Shown: positions 1 through 11,352, counted from the first letter of the stretch. The stretch is 64,000 nucleotides of DNA from an uncultured Actinomycetes bacterium (GCA_963731925.1 CAVSXK010000016.1:65730-129729); one strand, 5' to 3'. The notes: generated by a model not told the origin, from the sequence alone. Numbers and translations: made by a program.

Positions 1-47
1 GCGAGGTCGTGCAGTCGGACGTCGTGGTGGACAGCGGCATCCGCTGA
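1..47 (+). CDS. 3' end of an upstream gene (partial, ...EVVQSDVVVDSGIR*)
   Basis: Open frame from the window edge to TGA at 45-47; too short to identify. Confidence 0.25.
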   Translation, partial: EVVQSDVVVDSGIR

Positions 48-74
48 TCGGGGTATCGGCAGAAGCCAACCCAG

Positions 75-2102
75 GTGCTACCATCGCCGAGGGCTCGGCC
101 GTCGGCAGACGCGCGGGCCCCGAAGCATCTTCGAGGTCCCCAGGTTCGAAAGGAGCGCACCCCTCTGGCAACCGACCCGGGGTCGCCGTACCGCAGGCTC
201 GTCCGTGGCCCGGCGATCTACGTCGTGATCGTCCTCGCCGCGATCTGGTTGTTCGTGCTGTTCAACAGCCGCGGCGCGGCGTCCGAGCCGATGACGATCG
301 GCGAGTTCCAGGCGGAGGTTGACGCGGGGAACGTCGAGACCGCGGAGTTCCTGCTCGGCGACGGCGTGATCCAGGGTGAGCTCTCGGACGGCTCGACGTA
401 TCGCGTCGCGTACGTCGAGGCGACGCAGGAGATCGTGCAACGGCTCGAGGAGAACGGTGTCGACGTCTCGGCCGACCCGCAGAAAGGTTCGGCCCTCGTC
501 GGGTTCCTGTTCCAGCTGATCCCCGTGATCCTGATCGTCGGGGCCTTCATCTTCATCATGAACCAGTCGCAGGGCGGCGGCGGGCGCGTGATGCAGTTCG
601 GCAAGGCCAGGGCCAAGCTCGTCACCAAGGACCAGCCCAAGACCACGTTCGCGGACGTGGCGGGGGTGGAGGAGGCGATCGAGGAGCTCCAGGAGGTCAA
701 GGAGTACCTCGCCAACCCGGCCAAGTTCCAGGCCATGGGCGCGAAGATCCCTCGCGGGGTGTTGCTGTTCGGCCCGCCAGGGTCGGGCAAGACGTTGCTC
801 GCGCGCGCGGTCGCGGGTGAGGCGGGCGTCCCGTTCTATTCGATCTCGGGGTCGGACTTCGTCGAGATGTTCGTCGGGGTCGGCGCCGCCCGGGTCCGCG
901 ACCTGTTCGAGCAGGCCAAGCAGAGCGCTCCCGCGATCGTGTTCATCGACGAGATCGACGCCGTCGGACGTCACCGCGGCGCCGGCCTCGGCGGTGGCCA
1001 CGATGAGCGCGAGCAGACGCTCAACCAGCTCCTCGTCGAGATGGACGGGTTCGACCAGCGCACCGCGGTCATCTTGATGGCCGCGACCAACCGCCCCGAC
1101 ATCCTGGATCCCGCCTTGCTGCGGCCGGGGCGGTTCGACCGGCACATCACCGTGGACCGGCCCGACCTCGAAGGCCGCAAGGGGATCTTGAAGGTGCACG
1201 CGAAGGGCAAGCCGTTCGACGAGACCGTGGACCTGTCGACCATCGCGCGCCGCACCCCCGGCTTCACCGGCGCCGACCTGTCGAACGTGATCAACGAGTC
1301 GGCGCTGCTCGCCGCTCGGTGGGGCAAGAAGGCGATCTCGATGAAGGAGGTCGAGGAGGCGATCGACCGTGTGATGGCCGGTCCCGAGCGCAAGACCCGT
1401 GTGATGAGCGAACGCGAGAAACGCGTGATCGCCTACCACGAAGGCGGGCACGCGCTCGTGGCCCACATCCTGCCGAACACCGACCCCGTCCACAAGATCA
1501 GCGTCATCCCGCGCGGACGCGCGCTCGGCTACACGCTCACCCTGCCCGAGGAGGACAAGTTCCTCATGACCCGCGAGGAGCTCGCGGACGAGCTCGCGAT
1601 GCTCATGGGCGGCCGCGTTGCGGAGGAGCTGATCGTGGGGGACATCACCACCGGCGCCGCGAACGACATCGAGCGCGCGACCAAGGTGGCCCGGCAGATG
1701 GTGACCGAGTACGGGATGTCGGACGCGATCGGCCCGCAGACGCTCGGGCAGAAGCAGCACGAGGTCTTCCTGGGCCGGGACTTCCAGTCGCAGCCCGACT
1801 ACTCGGAGCAGGTGGCGTTCGAGATCGACAACGAGGTCCGCCGGATGATCGACGAGGCGCACGACGAGGCGCTCGAGATCCTGCAGGGTCATCGAGCCAA
1901 GCTCGACGAGCTCGCGACCATGCTGGTCGAGCGCGAGACGCTGGAGCGCGACGAGGTCGAGAGCTTCCTCTCGGACATCCCCAAGCGGGCCCAGCGCGAC
2001 CTGTCGGTCCGTGGCGCCGGCCTCGCGGTGTCCCGGCGAGCGATCCGGACGGGCGGACAGCCGAGCACGCCCGGCACGATCCCACCCAAGCCCATCGGCT
2101 AG
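75..2102 (+). CDS. ftsH: ATP-dependent zinc metalloprotease FtsH
   Basis: Walker A GPPGSGKT, the AAA+ second region of homology, and the HEGGHAL zinc motif are all present. Two N-terminal TM segments. The first ~40 codons may be 5' UTR; the start is uncertain. Confidence 0.93.
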   Translation: MLPSPRARPSADARAPKHLRGPQVRKERTPLATDPGSPYRRLVRGPAIYVVIVLAAIWLFVLFNSRGAASEPMTIGEFQAEVDAGNVETAEFLLGDGVIQGELSDGSTYRVAYVEATQEIVQRLEENGVDVSADPQKGSALVGFLFQLIPVILIVGAFIFIMNQSQGGGGRVMQFGKARAKLVTKDQPKTTFADVAGVEEAIEELQEVKEYLANPAKFQAMGAKIPRGVLLFGPPGSGKTLLARAVAGEAGVPFYSISGSDFVEMFVGVGAARVRDLFEQAKQSAPAIVFIDEIDAVGRHRGAGLGGGHDEREQTLNQLLVEMDGFDQRTAVILMAATNRPDILDPALLRPGRFDRHITVDRPDLEGRKGILKVHAKGKPFDETVDLSTIARRTPGFTGADLSNVINESALLAARWGKKAISMKEVEEAIDRVMAGPERKTRVMSEREKRVIAYHEGGHALVAHILPNTDPVHKISVIPRGRALGYTLTLPEEDKFLMTREELADELAMLMGGRVAEELIVGDITTGAANDIERATKVARQMVTEYGMSDAIGPQTLGQKQHEVFLGRDFQSQPDYSEQVAFEIDNEVRRMIDEAHDEALEILQGHRAKLDELATMLVERETLERDEVESFLSDIPKRAQRDLSVRGAGLAVSRRAIRTGGQPSTPGTIPPKPIG

Positions 2103-2115
2103 GCTTCGCGGCGCG

Positions 2116-2781
2116 ATGGCGGCGGAGCGCTGGGCAACGTTCGACTGCTACGGCACCCTGATCGATTGGATGGGCGGGATCCGCGACACCCTGTCCGACC
2201 TGTGGCCCGAGCACGACGCCGAGCTGTTGCTCTCCGCCTACCACGAGATCGAGCCGGAGGTGCAGCGCGGCCGCGCGGTGCCGTACCGGCAGGTGCTGGC
2301 CGAGTCGCTCGAGCGCGTGGCCCATCGCGAGGGGCTCGACCTCGCGGACGAGGAACGGCAGGCGCTCGGCGACTCGTTGCCCACCTGGCCGCCGTTCGAC
2401 GAGGTCCCGTCGTCGCTCGCCGAACTGCGTTCGCTCGGCTGGCGGATCGGGATCTTGTCGAACACGGATCCGGAGTTCCTGGACGCCTCGCTGGAGGCGA
2501 TCGGCGTTCCCGTGGACCTTCGGATCACGGCCGCCGAAGCGGGTTCGTACAAGCCGGCGCACGGGCACTGGGAGCGCTTCTTCGAACAGACCGGGGCCGA
2601 GCGCGAGCGCCACGCGCACGTCGCGGCGTCGCTGTTCCACGACATCGCCCCGGCGAACGAGCTCGGGCTCCGCGCGGTGTGGATCAACCGGTTGCGCGAG
2701 ACCTCGGACCTGCCACGCGCCGCGGAGCTCGGCGACCTGTCGAAGCTGCCCGAGACGCTCGACGACCTCGTGGGCGCCTGA
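2116..2781 (+). CDS. HAD-superfamily hydrolase (haloacid dehalogenase-like)
   Basis: The DxYGTL-like motif FDCYGTLID sits at the N-terminus and an SNTD motif follows. ATG at 2116 lies just after the ftsH stop; the longer track ORF overlaps ftsH out of frame. Confidence 0.75.
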   Translation: MAAERWATFDCYGTLIDWMGGIRDTLSDLWPEHDAELLLSAYHEIEPEVQRGRAVPYRQVLAESLERVAHREGLDLADEERQALGDSLPTWPPFDEVPSSLAELRSLGWRIGILSNTDPEFLDASLEAIGVPVDLRITAAEAGSYKPAHGHWERFFEQTGAERERHAHVAASLFHDIAPANELGLRAVWINRLRETSDLPRAAELGDLSKLPETLDDLVGA

Positions 2782-3350
2782 TGGCCGAGATCGATCGAGG
2801 CAAGGTCGAGCAGGCGGTCCGCATGATCCTGGAGGGGATCGGCGACGACCCCGATCGCGCGGGCCTGGTCGACACGCCCCGGCGGGTCGCCGACATGTTC
2901 GGGGAGATCTTCGAGGGTGTCGGGGTGGACCCGACGCCGGTCGCGACCGTGGTGCCCGGCGCGAACTTCGACGAGATGATCATGGTCAAGGACATCCCGT
3001 TGCAGTCGCTCTGCGAGCACCACCTGTTGCCGTTCAGCGGGAAGGCCCACGTCGCCTACATCCCGAACAAGGACGGACGCATCACCGGCCTGTCGAAGGT
3101 CGCTCGGGTCGTGGACATCCTCGCCAAGCGCCCGCAGGTGCAGGAGCGGCTCACCACCGAGATCGCGGACACGATCGAGCGCGCGCTCGAGCCCCGGGGT
3201 GTGTTCGTCGTGATCGAGGCCGAGCACCTGTGCATGACGATGCGCGGCGTGAAGAAGCCGGGTTCGGTCACGGTGACGTCCGCCGTCCGAGGGCTCTTCC
3301 GCAACGACGCGCGAACGCGCCAGGAGGCCCTGCACCACATCGGCAACTAG
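2781..3350 (+). CDS. folE: GTP cyclohydrolase I
   Basis: The conserved block [17 protein letters not shown]...HVAYIP is present. The ATG overlaps the preceding stop (TGATG). Confidence 0.9.
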   Translation: MAEIDRGKVEQAVRMILEGIGDDPDRAGLVDTPRRVADMFGEIFEGVGVDPTPVATVVPGANFDEMIMVKDIPLQSLCEHHLLPFSGKAHVAYIPNKDGRITGLSKVARVVDILAKRPQVQERLTTEIADTIERALEPRGVFVVIEAEHLCMTMRGVKKPGSVTVTSAVRGLFRNDARTRQEALHHIGN

Positions 3351-3403
3351 GCCCGATCCGTCGAGCCGCGTTCAGGTTCCCAGCCGGGGCTTACGATGGG
3401 TGG

Positions 3404-4249
3404 ATGGGCGGTCCCATCTGGCGGGTCGGCGATCGCGCGTTCGACTGCTCCGAGCGCACGCTCGTCATGGGGATCCTGAACGTCACGCCGGACTCGTTCT
3501 CCGACGGCGGACGGTTCCTCGATCGGGCCACCGCGGTGGCGCATGCGACCCAGATGGTCGACGACGGTGCGGACATCCTGGACGTCGGCGGCGAGTCGAC
3601 CCGCCCGGGCTCCGAGGCCGTCTCGGCGGATGAGGAGCTGAGCCGCGTTCGGCCGGTGATCGAGCGGCTCGTCGAGCAGCATCCGGCCATCCCCGTCTCG
3701 ATCGACACTCGGAAGGCCGACGTGGCGGCCGCGGCACTGGACGCCGGAGCCACGATCGTGAACGACGTCTCGGGCGGGGTCGATCCGAAGATGTTCGACG
3801 TGGTCCGCGAGCGGGAGGCCGCCCTCGTCCTGATGCACATGAAGGGCGACCCGAAGACGATGCAGGAGGCTCCACGGTACGACGACGTCGTGGGTGAGGT
3901 GCACGAGTACCTCCGCCAGCGGATCGAGGCGGCCGAGCTCGCGGGGATCGCCCCCGACCGGATCGCGGTGGATCCGGGGATCGGGTTCGGCAAGGACCTC
4001 GACCAGAACCTCGAGCTGATGCGCGGGGTGGGTGAGCTCCTCGACCTGGGTCGGCCCGTGTTGGTCGGCCCGTCGCGGAAGCGGTTCATCGGCGCGATCC
4101 TCGACCTGCCGGAGGACGAACGGGTCGAGGGCACGATCGGCGCGGTCGTCTGGATGGTCGGTCGGGGGGCGCACATCGTCCGCGTGCACGACGTGCGGGA
4201 GGTCGTCCGCGCCGTCCGAGTCGCCGACGCGATCGCGAGGGCCGGATGA
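3404..4249 (+). CDS. folP: dihydropteroate synthase
   Basis: The pterin-binding domain carries ILNVTPDSFSDGG and DVGGESTRPG. The start is taken at ATG 3404; the upstream part of the track ORF overlaps folE. Confidence 0.9.
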   Translation: MGGPIWRVGDRAFDCSERTLVMGILNVTPDSFSDGGRFLDRATAVAHATQMVDDGADILDVGGESTRPGSEAVSADEELSRVRPVIERLVEQHPAIPVSIDTRKADVAAAALDAGATIVNDVSGGVDPKMFDVVREREAALVLMHMKGDPKTMQEAPRYDDVVGEVHEYLRQRIEAAELAGIAPDRIAVDPGIGFGKDLDQNLELMRGVGELLDLGRPVLVGPSRKRFIGAILDLPEDERVEGTIGAVVWMVGRGAHIVRVHDVREVVRAVRVADAIARAG

Positions 4250-5151
4250 CCTGGACCGAGAAGCGCCGGGTACGCATCACGGACGGCGAGGTCGCCGTCG
4301 TGGAGGCGGGGGACCCGGACGCGCCGCCCGTCGTGCTGCTCTCGGGTGGGTTCACGTCCTCCTACCTGTGGCGCGGGCTGATCCCGCTCCTCGCGCCCTG
4401 GATGCACGTCATCGCTCCCGATCTCCTGGGGTCGGGCGATTCGGATTCGCCGGAGGGCGCCGACCTGCGTCTCCCGGCCCAGACCGCCAACGTCCGATCC
4501 GTGCTGGAAGCGCTCGGCATCCAACGCTTCGCCGTGGTCGGCCACGGTCGCGGCGCGGGCGTCGCCCAGCTCCTCGCGATCGACGGCGGCGTGGATGCGC
4601 TCGTCCTGATCGATGCGATCGCGTTCGACGCCTGGCCCTCGCCCCGGATCCTTGACCTCCGGTCGCATCTGGACGACGTGGACGCCGCGTTCGTTCGTTC
4701 GTGGTTCGACACGTTCTTCGACGTCGGGATGGGGCATCGCGAACGACTCTCCGACGCCGACCTCGGCGAGTATCGACGGCCGTTCGAGGGCGACGACGGG
4801 GTCGCGCGGTTCGTGCGGATCGCGAGCGCGTTCGACGGCCGGGGACTGGTCGACATCGAGCCTCACCTCGCGCGGCTGGAGATCCCGGCGTTCGTGCTCT
4901 GGGGGGAAGACGACGCCTTCCTGCCCGCCGAGCTCGCCGAACGCCTGGGCGACGCGCTGCCGTGGTCATCGGTGGCGCTCCTCCCGGGGTGCGGTCACTT
5001 CCTGCTCGAGGACGCCCCCGAGACCGTCGGCCCGCTGATCGTGCAATGGCTCCGAACCCGGTACCTCCAGCTCCCGCAGACCCACGCGCACGAGGGAGGC
5101 GCGGTGACCGTGGAGCTCGGCCGGCGCCCGCCCGGGGACGACCGGTGGTGA
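4246..5151 (+). CDS. alpha/beta-fold hydrolase
   Basis: A GHGRG nucleophile-elbow-like motif within an alpha/beta hydrolase-type sequence. The start overlaps the folP stop. Confidence 0.75.
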   Translation: MTWTEKRRVRITDGEVAVVEAGDPDAPPVVLLSGGFTSSYLWRGLIPLLAPWMHVIAPDLLGSGDSDSPEGADLRLPAQTANVRSVLEALGIQRFAVVGHGRGAGVAQLLAIDGGVDALVLIDAIAFDAWPSPRILDLRSHLDDVDAAFVRSWFDTFFDVGMGHRERLSDADLGEYRRPFEGDDGVARFVRIASAFDGRGLVDIEPHLARLEIPAFVLWGEDDAFLPAELAERLGDALPWSSVALLPGCGHFLLEDAPETVGPLIVQWLRTRYLQLPQTHAHEGGAVTVELGRRPPGDDRW

Positions 5152-5495
5152 CCTCGCGGCTGCTCCTCACCGGGATCTCGGCCTCGGGCCATCACGGCGC
5201 GAACCCGGGGGAGAAGGACCGAGCGCAGGACTTCGTCGTCGATCTGGACGTCGAGGTCGAGGTCGGTGACGACGAGCTCGCGTCCACCGCCGACTACCGG
5301 ACGCTCATCCGGACCGCGCGCGAGACCGTGGGGCGTGACTCGTTCGACCTCCTCGAGTCGCTCGCGCACGCCGTGGCGAACGAGGTTCTCGCCCTCGACG
5401 GCGTCGTGAAGGTGCGCGCGATCGTGCACAAGCCCGGCGCGGCGCGCTCGAACGAGGTCGAGGGTGTCGCCGCCGCCGCGACCGCCGAGCGCTGA
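5148..5495 (+). CDS. folB: dihydroneopterin aldolase
   Basis: A ~116-aa product with the start LLLTGISASGHHGANPGEKDRAQDFVVDLDV. The GTG start overlaps the upstream stop by 4 nt (GTGA). Confidence 0.85.
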   Translation: MTSRLLLTGISASGHHGANPGEKDRAQDFVVDLDVEVEVGDDELASTADYRTLIRTARETVGRDSFDLLESLAHAVANEVLALDGVVKVRAIVHKPGAARSNEVEGVAAAATAER

Positions 5496-5497
5496 TC

Positions 5498-5998
5498 GTG
5501 GGAACCGGCGCGTACCTCGCGCTCGGATCGAACCTCGGCGATCGCCTCGAGCATCTACGGGAGGCGGTTCGCCGGCTGGGTGCGACGGACGGGATCGACG
5601 TGGCGCGCTCGTCACGGATCTACGAGACCGAACCGGTCGGCCCGCCGCAGCCGCCGTACCTGAACGCGGTGCTCGAGGTCGAGACGACGCTCTCGCCGCG
5701 TGAGCTGCTCGAGGCGTGTCAGGCCGTCGAGGACGCGCTCGGCCGCGTGCGGGCCGAACGGTGGGGCCCTCGCACGATCGACGTCGACGTCTTGACCTAC
5801 GACGAGCTCACCGTGGATGAACCCGATCTCGTGATCCCTCATCCGCGGATGCACGAGCGGGGGTTCGTCCTCGTCCCGCTCGGCGAGCTGGACGCGGATG
5901 CCGCGCTCCCCGGCGGTCGGCGGCTGTCGACGCTCCGGATCTCCCCCGACGTGGTCCTCGGTGTCCGACCGTTCGCCTCGCCGCTCCCGGTGCCGTGA
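5498..5998 (+). CDS. folK: 2-amino-4-hydroxy-6-hydroxymethyldihydropteridine pyrophosphokinase
   Basis: HPPK motifs LALGSNLGDR and RWGPRTIDVD are present. GTG start. Confidence 0.9.
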   Translation: MGTGAYLALGSNLGDRLEHLREAVRRLGATDGIDVARSSRIYETEPVGPPQPPYLNAVLEVETTLSPRELLEACQAVEDALGRVRAERWGPRTIDVDVLTYDELTVDEPDLVIPHPRMHERGFVLVPLGELDADAALPGGRRLSTLRISPDVVLGVRPFASPLPVP

Positions 5999-7251
5999 CC
6001 GAGTCGGTGTGTTTCCGCTGCGACTGGCGGGGACGCGCCCGAGCGCACGCCTGCCCCTCGTGCGGTGCGCCGCTCTACCGGCAGACCCGAACGGGACCCG
6101 AACCGGGGATCGGACTGCCCGAGGATGACGACGCTCGTCTCGGCGAGGATCCGACGAGGCGAGCGGTACCTCGCGGCCTGGCGATCGCCATCGCCGTCGC
6201 ACTCGCGATCGTCGCGGTCGCGTCCATCGAGCAACGGTTCGGCGACGCGTCCCCCGCCCGGCCGGTCGCCTCGAACCCGGAGGTCGGCTCCGGCGCGCTC
6301 GTCTACCTCGCCCGCGACGACGGGCGAGCGAGGGTGTGGGTCGTCGACCTGCTCGCGGGGGTCGCCAGGCCCGGCCCGACCGTCCCTCGGGGCACGGCGG
6401 AGCTGGTGGACGTCTCGGGTGCGGGGTCGGGGTGGGTCGGCGTCGAGCGTCGTGTGGGCCACCGGATGGTCGCGGCCTCCGTCCTGCGGGGTGTCGCTAC
6501 CAACGCCGACGTCGTCGGGCTCGGTCGCGGCGACCTGGTCGCGTGGGGACCGGGCGGCAGGAGCCTCGTGTTCGCTCGTAACGGGCGGCCGGCTCGTGCC
6601 GGATGCGCGCCGGTCCGCATCAGCCTGGTGACCGTGGTTACCGAACAGGAGGAGTGGGCGCTGGACGATCCCGGGTTCTGCGGGCCGGTTCTGTCGCTCA
6701 GCCGGAGCGCCGCCGCCACCTACTTCACGGCGGCATCCGGCGATCGCCTGAGCGTGTACCTGACCGGGATGGTCGGGGTGCCGCACCTGATCTTCGACGG
6801 GCTCGGGATCATCTCCGCATCCCCTCCCTCGGCGTTCCTCCTGTCGCCCCGGTCCCCTCGAGCTGCGAGGGGGGAGCCCTCGTCGGGCACCGGAACCCTC
6901 CTTGGATGGAAAGGCATCGGCGGTCCGGTAACGGTCGGGAGCGGTGAGCACGTCCTCGCGATCGAACGCATCCTCTCGTGGTCGACGGACGGCAGCCGGG
7001 TGGCGCTCGTCGGCGCGCTCGGCGCTCGCAGGGGCGTGTTCGTCCTGGACGCCGGGTCCGGTTCGGCGACGCGCGTGCCCCGGTACGTCATGCCGGCGGA
7101 GCCGGACCTCGACGGCACGTTCGACGGCCGGGGCCGGCTCTATCTGGTGGCGAGCGGCGAGGTCTTCGTGGCGGATGACGGCCCGCCCCGTCGTCTCCCG
7201 CTGCCGGCGGGAGCGCCACCGCCCTCGGGACCGATCGTCTGGATCCCCTGA
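5995..7251 (+). CDS. membrane-anchored hypothetical protein with N-terminal zinc ribbon
   Basis: A CxxC-X16-CxxC ribbon, one TM helix ([16 protein letters not shown]) and a large Gly/Val-rich, possibly beta-propeller ectodomain. The start overlaps the folK stop. Confidence 0.6.
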   Translation: MTESVCFRCDWRGRARAHACPSCGAPLYRQTRTGPEPGIGLPEDDDARLGEDPTRRAVPRGLAIAIAVALAIVAVASIEQRFGDASPARPVASNPEVGSGALVYLARDDGRARVWVVDLLAGVARPGPTVPRGTAELVDVSGAGSGWVGVERRVGHRMVAASVLRGVATNADVVGLGRGDLVAWGPGGRSLVFARNGRPARAGCAPVRISLVTVVTEQEEWALDDPGFCGPVLSLSRSAAATYFTAASGDRLSVYLTGMVGVPHLIFDGLGIISASPPSAFLLSPRSPRAARGEPSSGTGTLLGWKGIGGPVTVGSGEHVLAIERILSWSTDGSRVALVGALGARRGVFVLDAGSGSATRVPRYVMPAEPDLDGTFDGRGRLYLVASGEVFVADDGPPRRLPLPAGAPPPSGPIVWIP

Positions 7252-7268
7252 GCGGGATACTCGGTGGC

Positions 7269-8132
7269 ATGGATCTCGCGATCGTGGGTGCCGGTCGTGT
7301 CGGGACCTCCCTCGCGGTGCTGTGGCGGCGGGCCGGACATCGGATCGTCGGGGTGGCCGGCGGGGCGGCCACGCCGGAGCGAGCCGCGCGCTTCCTCCCC
7401 GACGTCCCGGTGCTCGACGCGGTCGGGGCGGCGACGGCCGCCGAGGTCGTCGTCATCGCGACGCCCGACGCGGTGATCGAGAGCGTCTGCGAGGAGATGG
7501 CCAAGGCGGGTGCGCTCGAGACGGCGGGCTCCGTCATCCACGCGAGCGGTGCGACCGGGCTCGATGCGCTCGAGGCCGCAGCTTCGGTCGGGGCGTCCAC
7601 GCTGTCGGTGCACCCCCTGCAGACCTGCCCGACGGTGGAGGCGGCCGTCGAACGGATCCCCGGCGCATCCTTCGCCGTCACCGCGAACGACGAGGCCGGG
7701 TACGAGCTCGGCGAGCGACTGGCTCGCGATGCCGGCGGACGCCCGTTCCGGATCGCCGACGAGCGCAAGCCGCTGTATCACGCGGCGGCCGTGTTCGCGT
7801 CCAACTACGTCGTGACGGTGACGGCCCTGGCCGAGGAGCTCGAACGCACGGCCGGCGTGCCCGACCCCCTCGGTGCGCTCACCCCGCTGCAGGAGGCCAC
7901 GCTCGCGAACGTGCGTCGCGTCGGGCCGGCGGAGGCGCTCACGGGTCCGGCGGTGCGGGGGGACGCCATCACCCTGCAGCGCAACCTCGAAGCGCTCGCG
8001 CTGCACGCTCCCGAAGCCGTCCGTCCCTACGTCGCGCTCGCCGACCTCGCGCTCGCCCTGGCGGAGCGCTCGGGCCGCGTTCCGCCCGAGGGTCGCGAGG
8101 CCGTCGAGGAGGTGCTCGTTCGCTGGAGGTGA
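7269..8132 (+). CDS. Rossmann-fold NAD(P)-binding protein, DUF2520/ketopantoate-reductase-like
   Basis: An N-terminal GxGxxG motif (IVGAGRVG) within a DUF2520-like sequence. It sits immediately upstream of panC. Confidence 0.65.
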   Translation: MDLAIVGAGRVGTSLAVLWRRAGHRIVGVAGGAATPERAARFLPDVPVLDAVGAATAAEVVVIATPDAVIESVCEEMAKAGALETAGSVIHASGATGLDALEAAASVGASTLSVHPLQTCPTVEAAVERIPGASFAVTANDEAGYELGERLARDAGGRPFRIADERKPLYHAAAVFASNYVVTVTALAEELERTAGVPDPLGALTPLQEATLANVRRVGPAEALTGPAVRGDAITLQRNLEALALHAPEAVRPYVALADLALALAERSGRVPPEGREAVEEVLVRWR

Positions 8133-8975
8133 TCCGGACGATCGCCGCGACGCGCGCGGCCTGCGAGCGCGCCCGCGCCGAAGGCAGGACCGTCGGATTC
8201 GTCCCGACGATGGGAGCGTTCCACGAGGGCCACCGTTCGCTGCTACGGCGCGCCAGAGGCGAGCGCGACCTCGTCGTGGTCTCGATCTTCGTCAACCCGC
8301 TGCAGTTCGGCGATCCCGCCGATCTCGAGGCCTACCCGCGCGACGAACGGGCGGATCTGGAGATGGCGCGAGGCGAACGGGGTCGATCTCGTGTTCGCGC
8401 CGTCGGCGGACGAGATGTACCCGAACGGTGAACCCGAGTTCACGGTCGACCCCGGGCCGCTCGGTGAACGCCTCGAAGGTGCGTCCCGCCCCGGTCACTT
8501 CCGCGGGGTCGCGACGGTGGTGGCCAAGCTCTTCGACACGGTCGGCCCGTGCACCGCGTACTTCGGCGAGAAGGACGCGCAACAGCTGGCCGTGATCCGG
8601 GGCATGGTCCGCGATCTCTCGCTCCCGGTGGATGTTCGTGTGTGCCCGGTCGTGCGCGAACCCGACGGCCTCGCGCTCTCCAGCCGGAACCGACTTCTCT
8701 CACCCGACGAGCGCGAGGCCGCCACCTGCCTGTTCCTCGCGCTCTCCGAGGCCGCCGAGCTCGCTCGCGCCGGTGAGCGCGAGACCGGCCGGTTGGTGGC
8801 CGCGATGGCTCGCGAGATCGGCGCCACGCCCCTCGCGCACATCGACTACGTGGCCGTCGTGGACGAGCAGACGTTCGAGGAGGTCCGGACGATCGCCGGC
8901 CCCGCTCGCGCGCTCGTCGCCGCTCGCTTCGGCCGGGTGCGGCTCATCGACACACTCCTCCTGCCCACGGCGTGA
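8129..8975 (+). pseudogene. panC: pantoate--beta-alanine ligase PanC, reading frame interrupted by a single-base indel near 8366-8370
   Basis: The N-terminal half is in frame 2 (VIRTIAATR...[14 protein letters not shown]...[24 protein letters not shown]). The C-terminal half is in frame 0 ([15 protein letters not shown]...HFRGVATVV...). The two halves join cleanly if one nt is removed from the gcgcg run at 8366-8370. Confidence 0.7.
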
Positions 8976-9060
8976 CCGGACGGGCGACCGCGCCGGCGCG
9001 AGCCGGATGTCGGGCCACATCCCCGCGTGGCAGGATGGCCGGTCAAGGAGGTGACGACGG

Positions 9061-9843
9061 ATGCTGCTCGCGGTGAACGTCGGGAACTCGAACACCGTGC
9101 TCGGGGTGTTCCGCGGGTCGGAGCTCGAGCACCAGTGGCGTCTGTCCACCGAGACCGAGCGGACCGCGGATGAGCTCGCGGTCCTGTTCGCGGGGCTCCT
9201 GGACCAGACGGGGCTCTCGTTCTCGAACCAGATCACCGGCGTGGTCATCTCGTCCGTGGTGCCGACCTCGACCACGGCGCTGCGAGACATGGTCAACCGC
9301 TACTTCAACTTCCCACCGGTCGTCGTCGAACCCGGGACCCGGACCGGGCTGTCGATCCAGACGGATCACCCGCGCGAGGTCGGGGCGGACCGGATCGTGA
9401 ACGCGCTCGCGGCGTTCAGCCGGTACGGCGGACCGTGCATCGTGATCGATTTCGGGACCGCGACGACCTACGACGTGGTCACCGAGAAGGGAGAGTTCCT
9501 CGGGGGGGCGATCGCGCCCGGTGTCCAGACGTCGAACGCGTCCCTGTCCCGCGAGACGGCACGGCTGCCGCAGGTCGAGCTCCAGGCGCCGAGATCGCCG
9601 ATCGGGAGGAACACCGTCGACGCGATCCAATCCGGACTGATCTTCGGAACGGCCGCGGAGACCGACGGGATGATCGAACGGATCCGCAAGGAGCTCGGAG
9701 GCAGCGCCACCGTCGTCGCGACCGGAGGCCTTGCCCCGCAGATCGTCCCGCATTGCCAGTTCGTGGACGAGGTCGACCCGTGGCTCACGCTCGAGGGTCT
9801 CCGGCTCGTCTTCGAACGCAACGTGGGACCGGCCGATGAGTGA
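9061..9843 (+). CDS. coaX: type III pantothenate kinase
   Basis: Starts MLLAVNVGNSNTVLGVF and carries the DFGTATTYD motif typical of Bvg accessory factor/CoaX. Confidence 0.9.
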   Translation: MLLAVNVGNSNTVLGVFRGSELEHQWRLSTETERTADELAVLFAGLLDQTGLSFSNQITGVVISSVVPTSTTALRDMVNRYFNFPPVVVEPGTRTGLSIQTDHPREVGADRIVNALAAFSRYGGPCIVIDFGTATTYDVVTEKGEFLGGAIAPGVQTSNASLSRETARLPQVELQAPRSPIGRNTVDAIQSGLIFGTAAETDGMIERIRKELGGSATVVATGGLAPQIVPHCQFVDEVDPWLTLEGLRLVFERNVGPADE

Positions 9844-11341
9844 CGAGGCGACCGAGGAGGCCTCCGGCCGCGAACGCGAGGTCCTGAGGACGCGCCGCGA
9901 GAGCCGGGAACGGCTCGGCGACCGGGCGTTCGCCCTGAACCTCGAGCAGGCCCTCGGGGTGCCGGAGCCGGATCCGACGTCGGCGATCCGGGAGGAGTTC
10001 GGGGGGCTCGAGCCCGACACGCTCGGCGAGCAACGCCGGACCGTCGCCGGCCGCGTCGTGCTGAAGCGGGACATGGGCAAGCTCTGTTTCCTGGTCCTGC
10101 GCGACCGGACGGGGGACCTGCAGCTCGTCCTCAACCAGGAGACCGAGCCGCCGAGCCTCGCCCTCCTCGCCGACGTCGACCTCGGCGACATCGTCGGCGC
10201 GACCGGCCGGGTCGGAACGACCCGAAAGGGCGAGCTGTCGATCTTCGTCGAGCGACTCGCGATGCTCACCAAGGCGCTCCGCCCGCTCCCCGAGAAGTGG
10301 CACGGCCTGAAGGACCCCGAGCTCCAGCAGCGGCAGCGCTACGTTCACCTCGCGACCGACCCGCAGGCGCGTCGGCGGCTCGTCGACGTTCGGGCGACCA
10401 CGCTGCGAGCGATCCGCGCCTACCTCGACGAGCGCGGGTTCGTCGAGGTCGAGACGCCGGTCCTGCAGACCGTCGCGGGGGGTGCGATGGCACGCCCCTT
10501 CGTCACGCATCACCGCGACCTGGACATGGAGCTGTACCTGCGGATCTCGCTCGAGCTCTACCTGAAGCGCCTCCTCGTCGGCGGTCTCGAGCGCGTCTAC
10601 GAGATCGGTCGGAACTTCCGCAACGAGGGCGTCGGGTGGAAGTACAACCCGGAGTTCACGATGCTCGAGCTCTACCAGGCCTACGCGGACTACGAGACGA
10701 TGATGGACGTCACACGGGAGCTCGTGCAGGCGAGCGCGCTCGCGGTCGCCGGAACGCTGCAGGTCACCTTTCGCGGACACCAGATCGATCTCGGTGGAGA
10801 GTGGCGCCGGGTCACGGTGCTCGGCAGCGTCTCGGACGCCGTCGGGGAGGAGGTCACGCTCGAGCGATCCGACCTCCCCTCGCTGGCCGAACGGCACGAC
10901 GTTCCCGTCGACCCCTCCTGGCCCACGGGCAAGATCGCTCTCGAGCTGTTCGAGAAGCTCGTCGAGCCGGGGTTGATCCAGCCGACGTTCGTCTGCGACT
11001 TCCCTCGCGAGGTGTCACCGCTCGCGCGGCCGCACCGCGACGACCCGAGGCTCACCGAGCACGTGGACCCCGTCATCGGTGGCATGGAGCTCGGGACGGG
11101 CTATTCGGAGCTGACGGACCCGGACGAGCAGCGCGCCAAGTTCCTGCTCCAACAGCGGGCGCGCGAGGCCGGCGAGCACGAGACCCACCCGTTCGACGAG
11201 GACTTCCTCCAGGCGCTCGAACACGGGATGCCACCCGCCGGCGGGCTGGGGATCGGGATCGACCGGCTCCTCATGCTCCTCGCCGACGTCTCGAGCATCC
11301 GGGAGATCATCCTGTTCCCCCTGCACCGACCGCCCGACTGA
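9836..11341 (+). CDS. lysS: lysine--tRNA ligase (class II)
   Basis: An anticodon-binding OB domain followed by class II motifs (FRNEG, GGLGIGIDRL). The ATG at 9836 overlaps the coaX stop. Confidence 0.93.
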   Translation: MSDEATEEASGREREVLRTRRESRERLGDRAFALNLEQALGVPEPDPTSAIREEFGGLEPDTLGEQRRTVAGRVVLKRDMGKLCFLVLRDRTGDLQLVLNQETEPPSLALLADVDLGDIVGATGRVGTTRKGELSIFVERLAMLTKALRPLPEKWHGLKDPELQQRQRYVHLATDPQARRRLVDVRATTLRAIRAYLDERGFVEVETPVLQTVAGGAMARPFVTHHRDLDMELYLRISLELYLKRLLVGGLERVYEIGRNFRNEGVGWKYNPEFTMLELYQAYADYETMMDVTRELVQASALAVAGTLQVTFRGHQIDLGGEWRRVTVLGSVSDAVGEEVTLERSDLPSLAERHDVPVDPSWPTGKIALELFEKLVEPGLIQPTFVCDFPREVSPLARPHRDDPRLTEHVDPVIGGMELGTGYSELTDPDEQRAKFLLQQRAREAGEHETHPFDEDFLQALEHGMPPAGGLGIGIDRLLMLLADVSSIREIILFPLHRPPD

Positions 11342-11352
11342 GCGGATCGGAG

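Noticed and set aside
3391-4866. 491-aa minus-strand ORF
   Set aside because: It is antisense to folP and the alpha/beta hydrolase.
6944-8128. N-terminal 395 codons of the 495-aa Arg-rich ORF
   Set aside because: Only the last ~80 codons (panC N-terminus) are credible. The remainder overlaps the DUF2520 gene and the upstream membrane protein out of frame.
9043-10272. 409-aa minus-strand ORF
   Set aside because: It is antisense to coaX and lysS.
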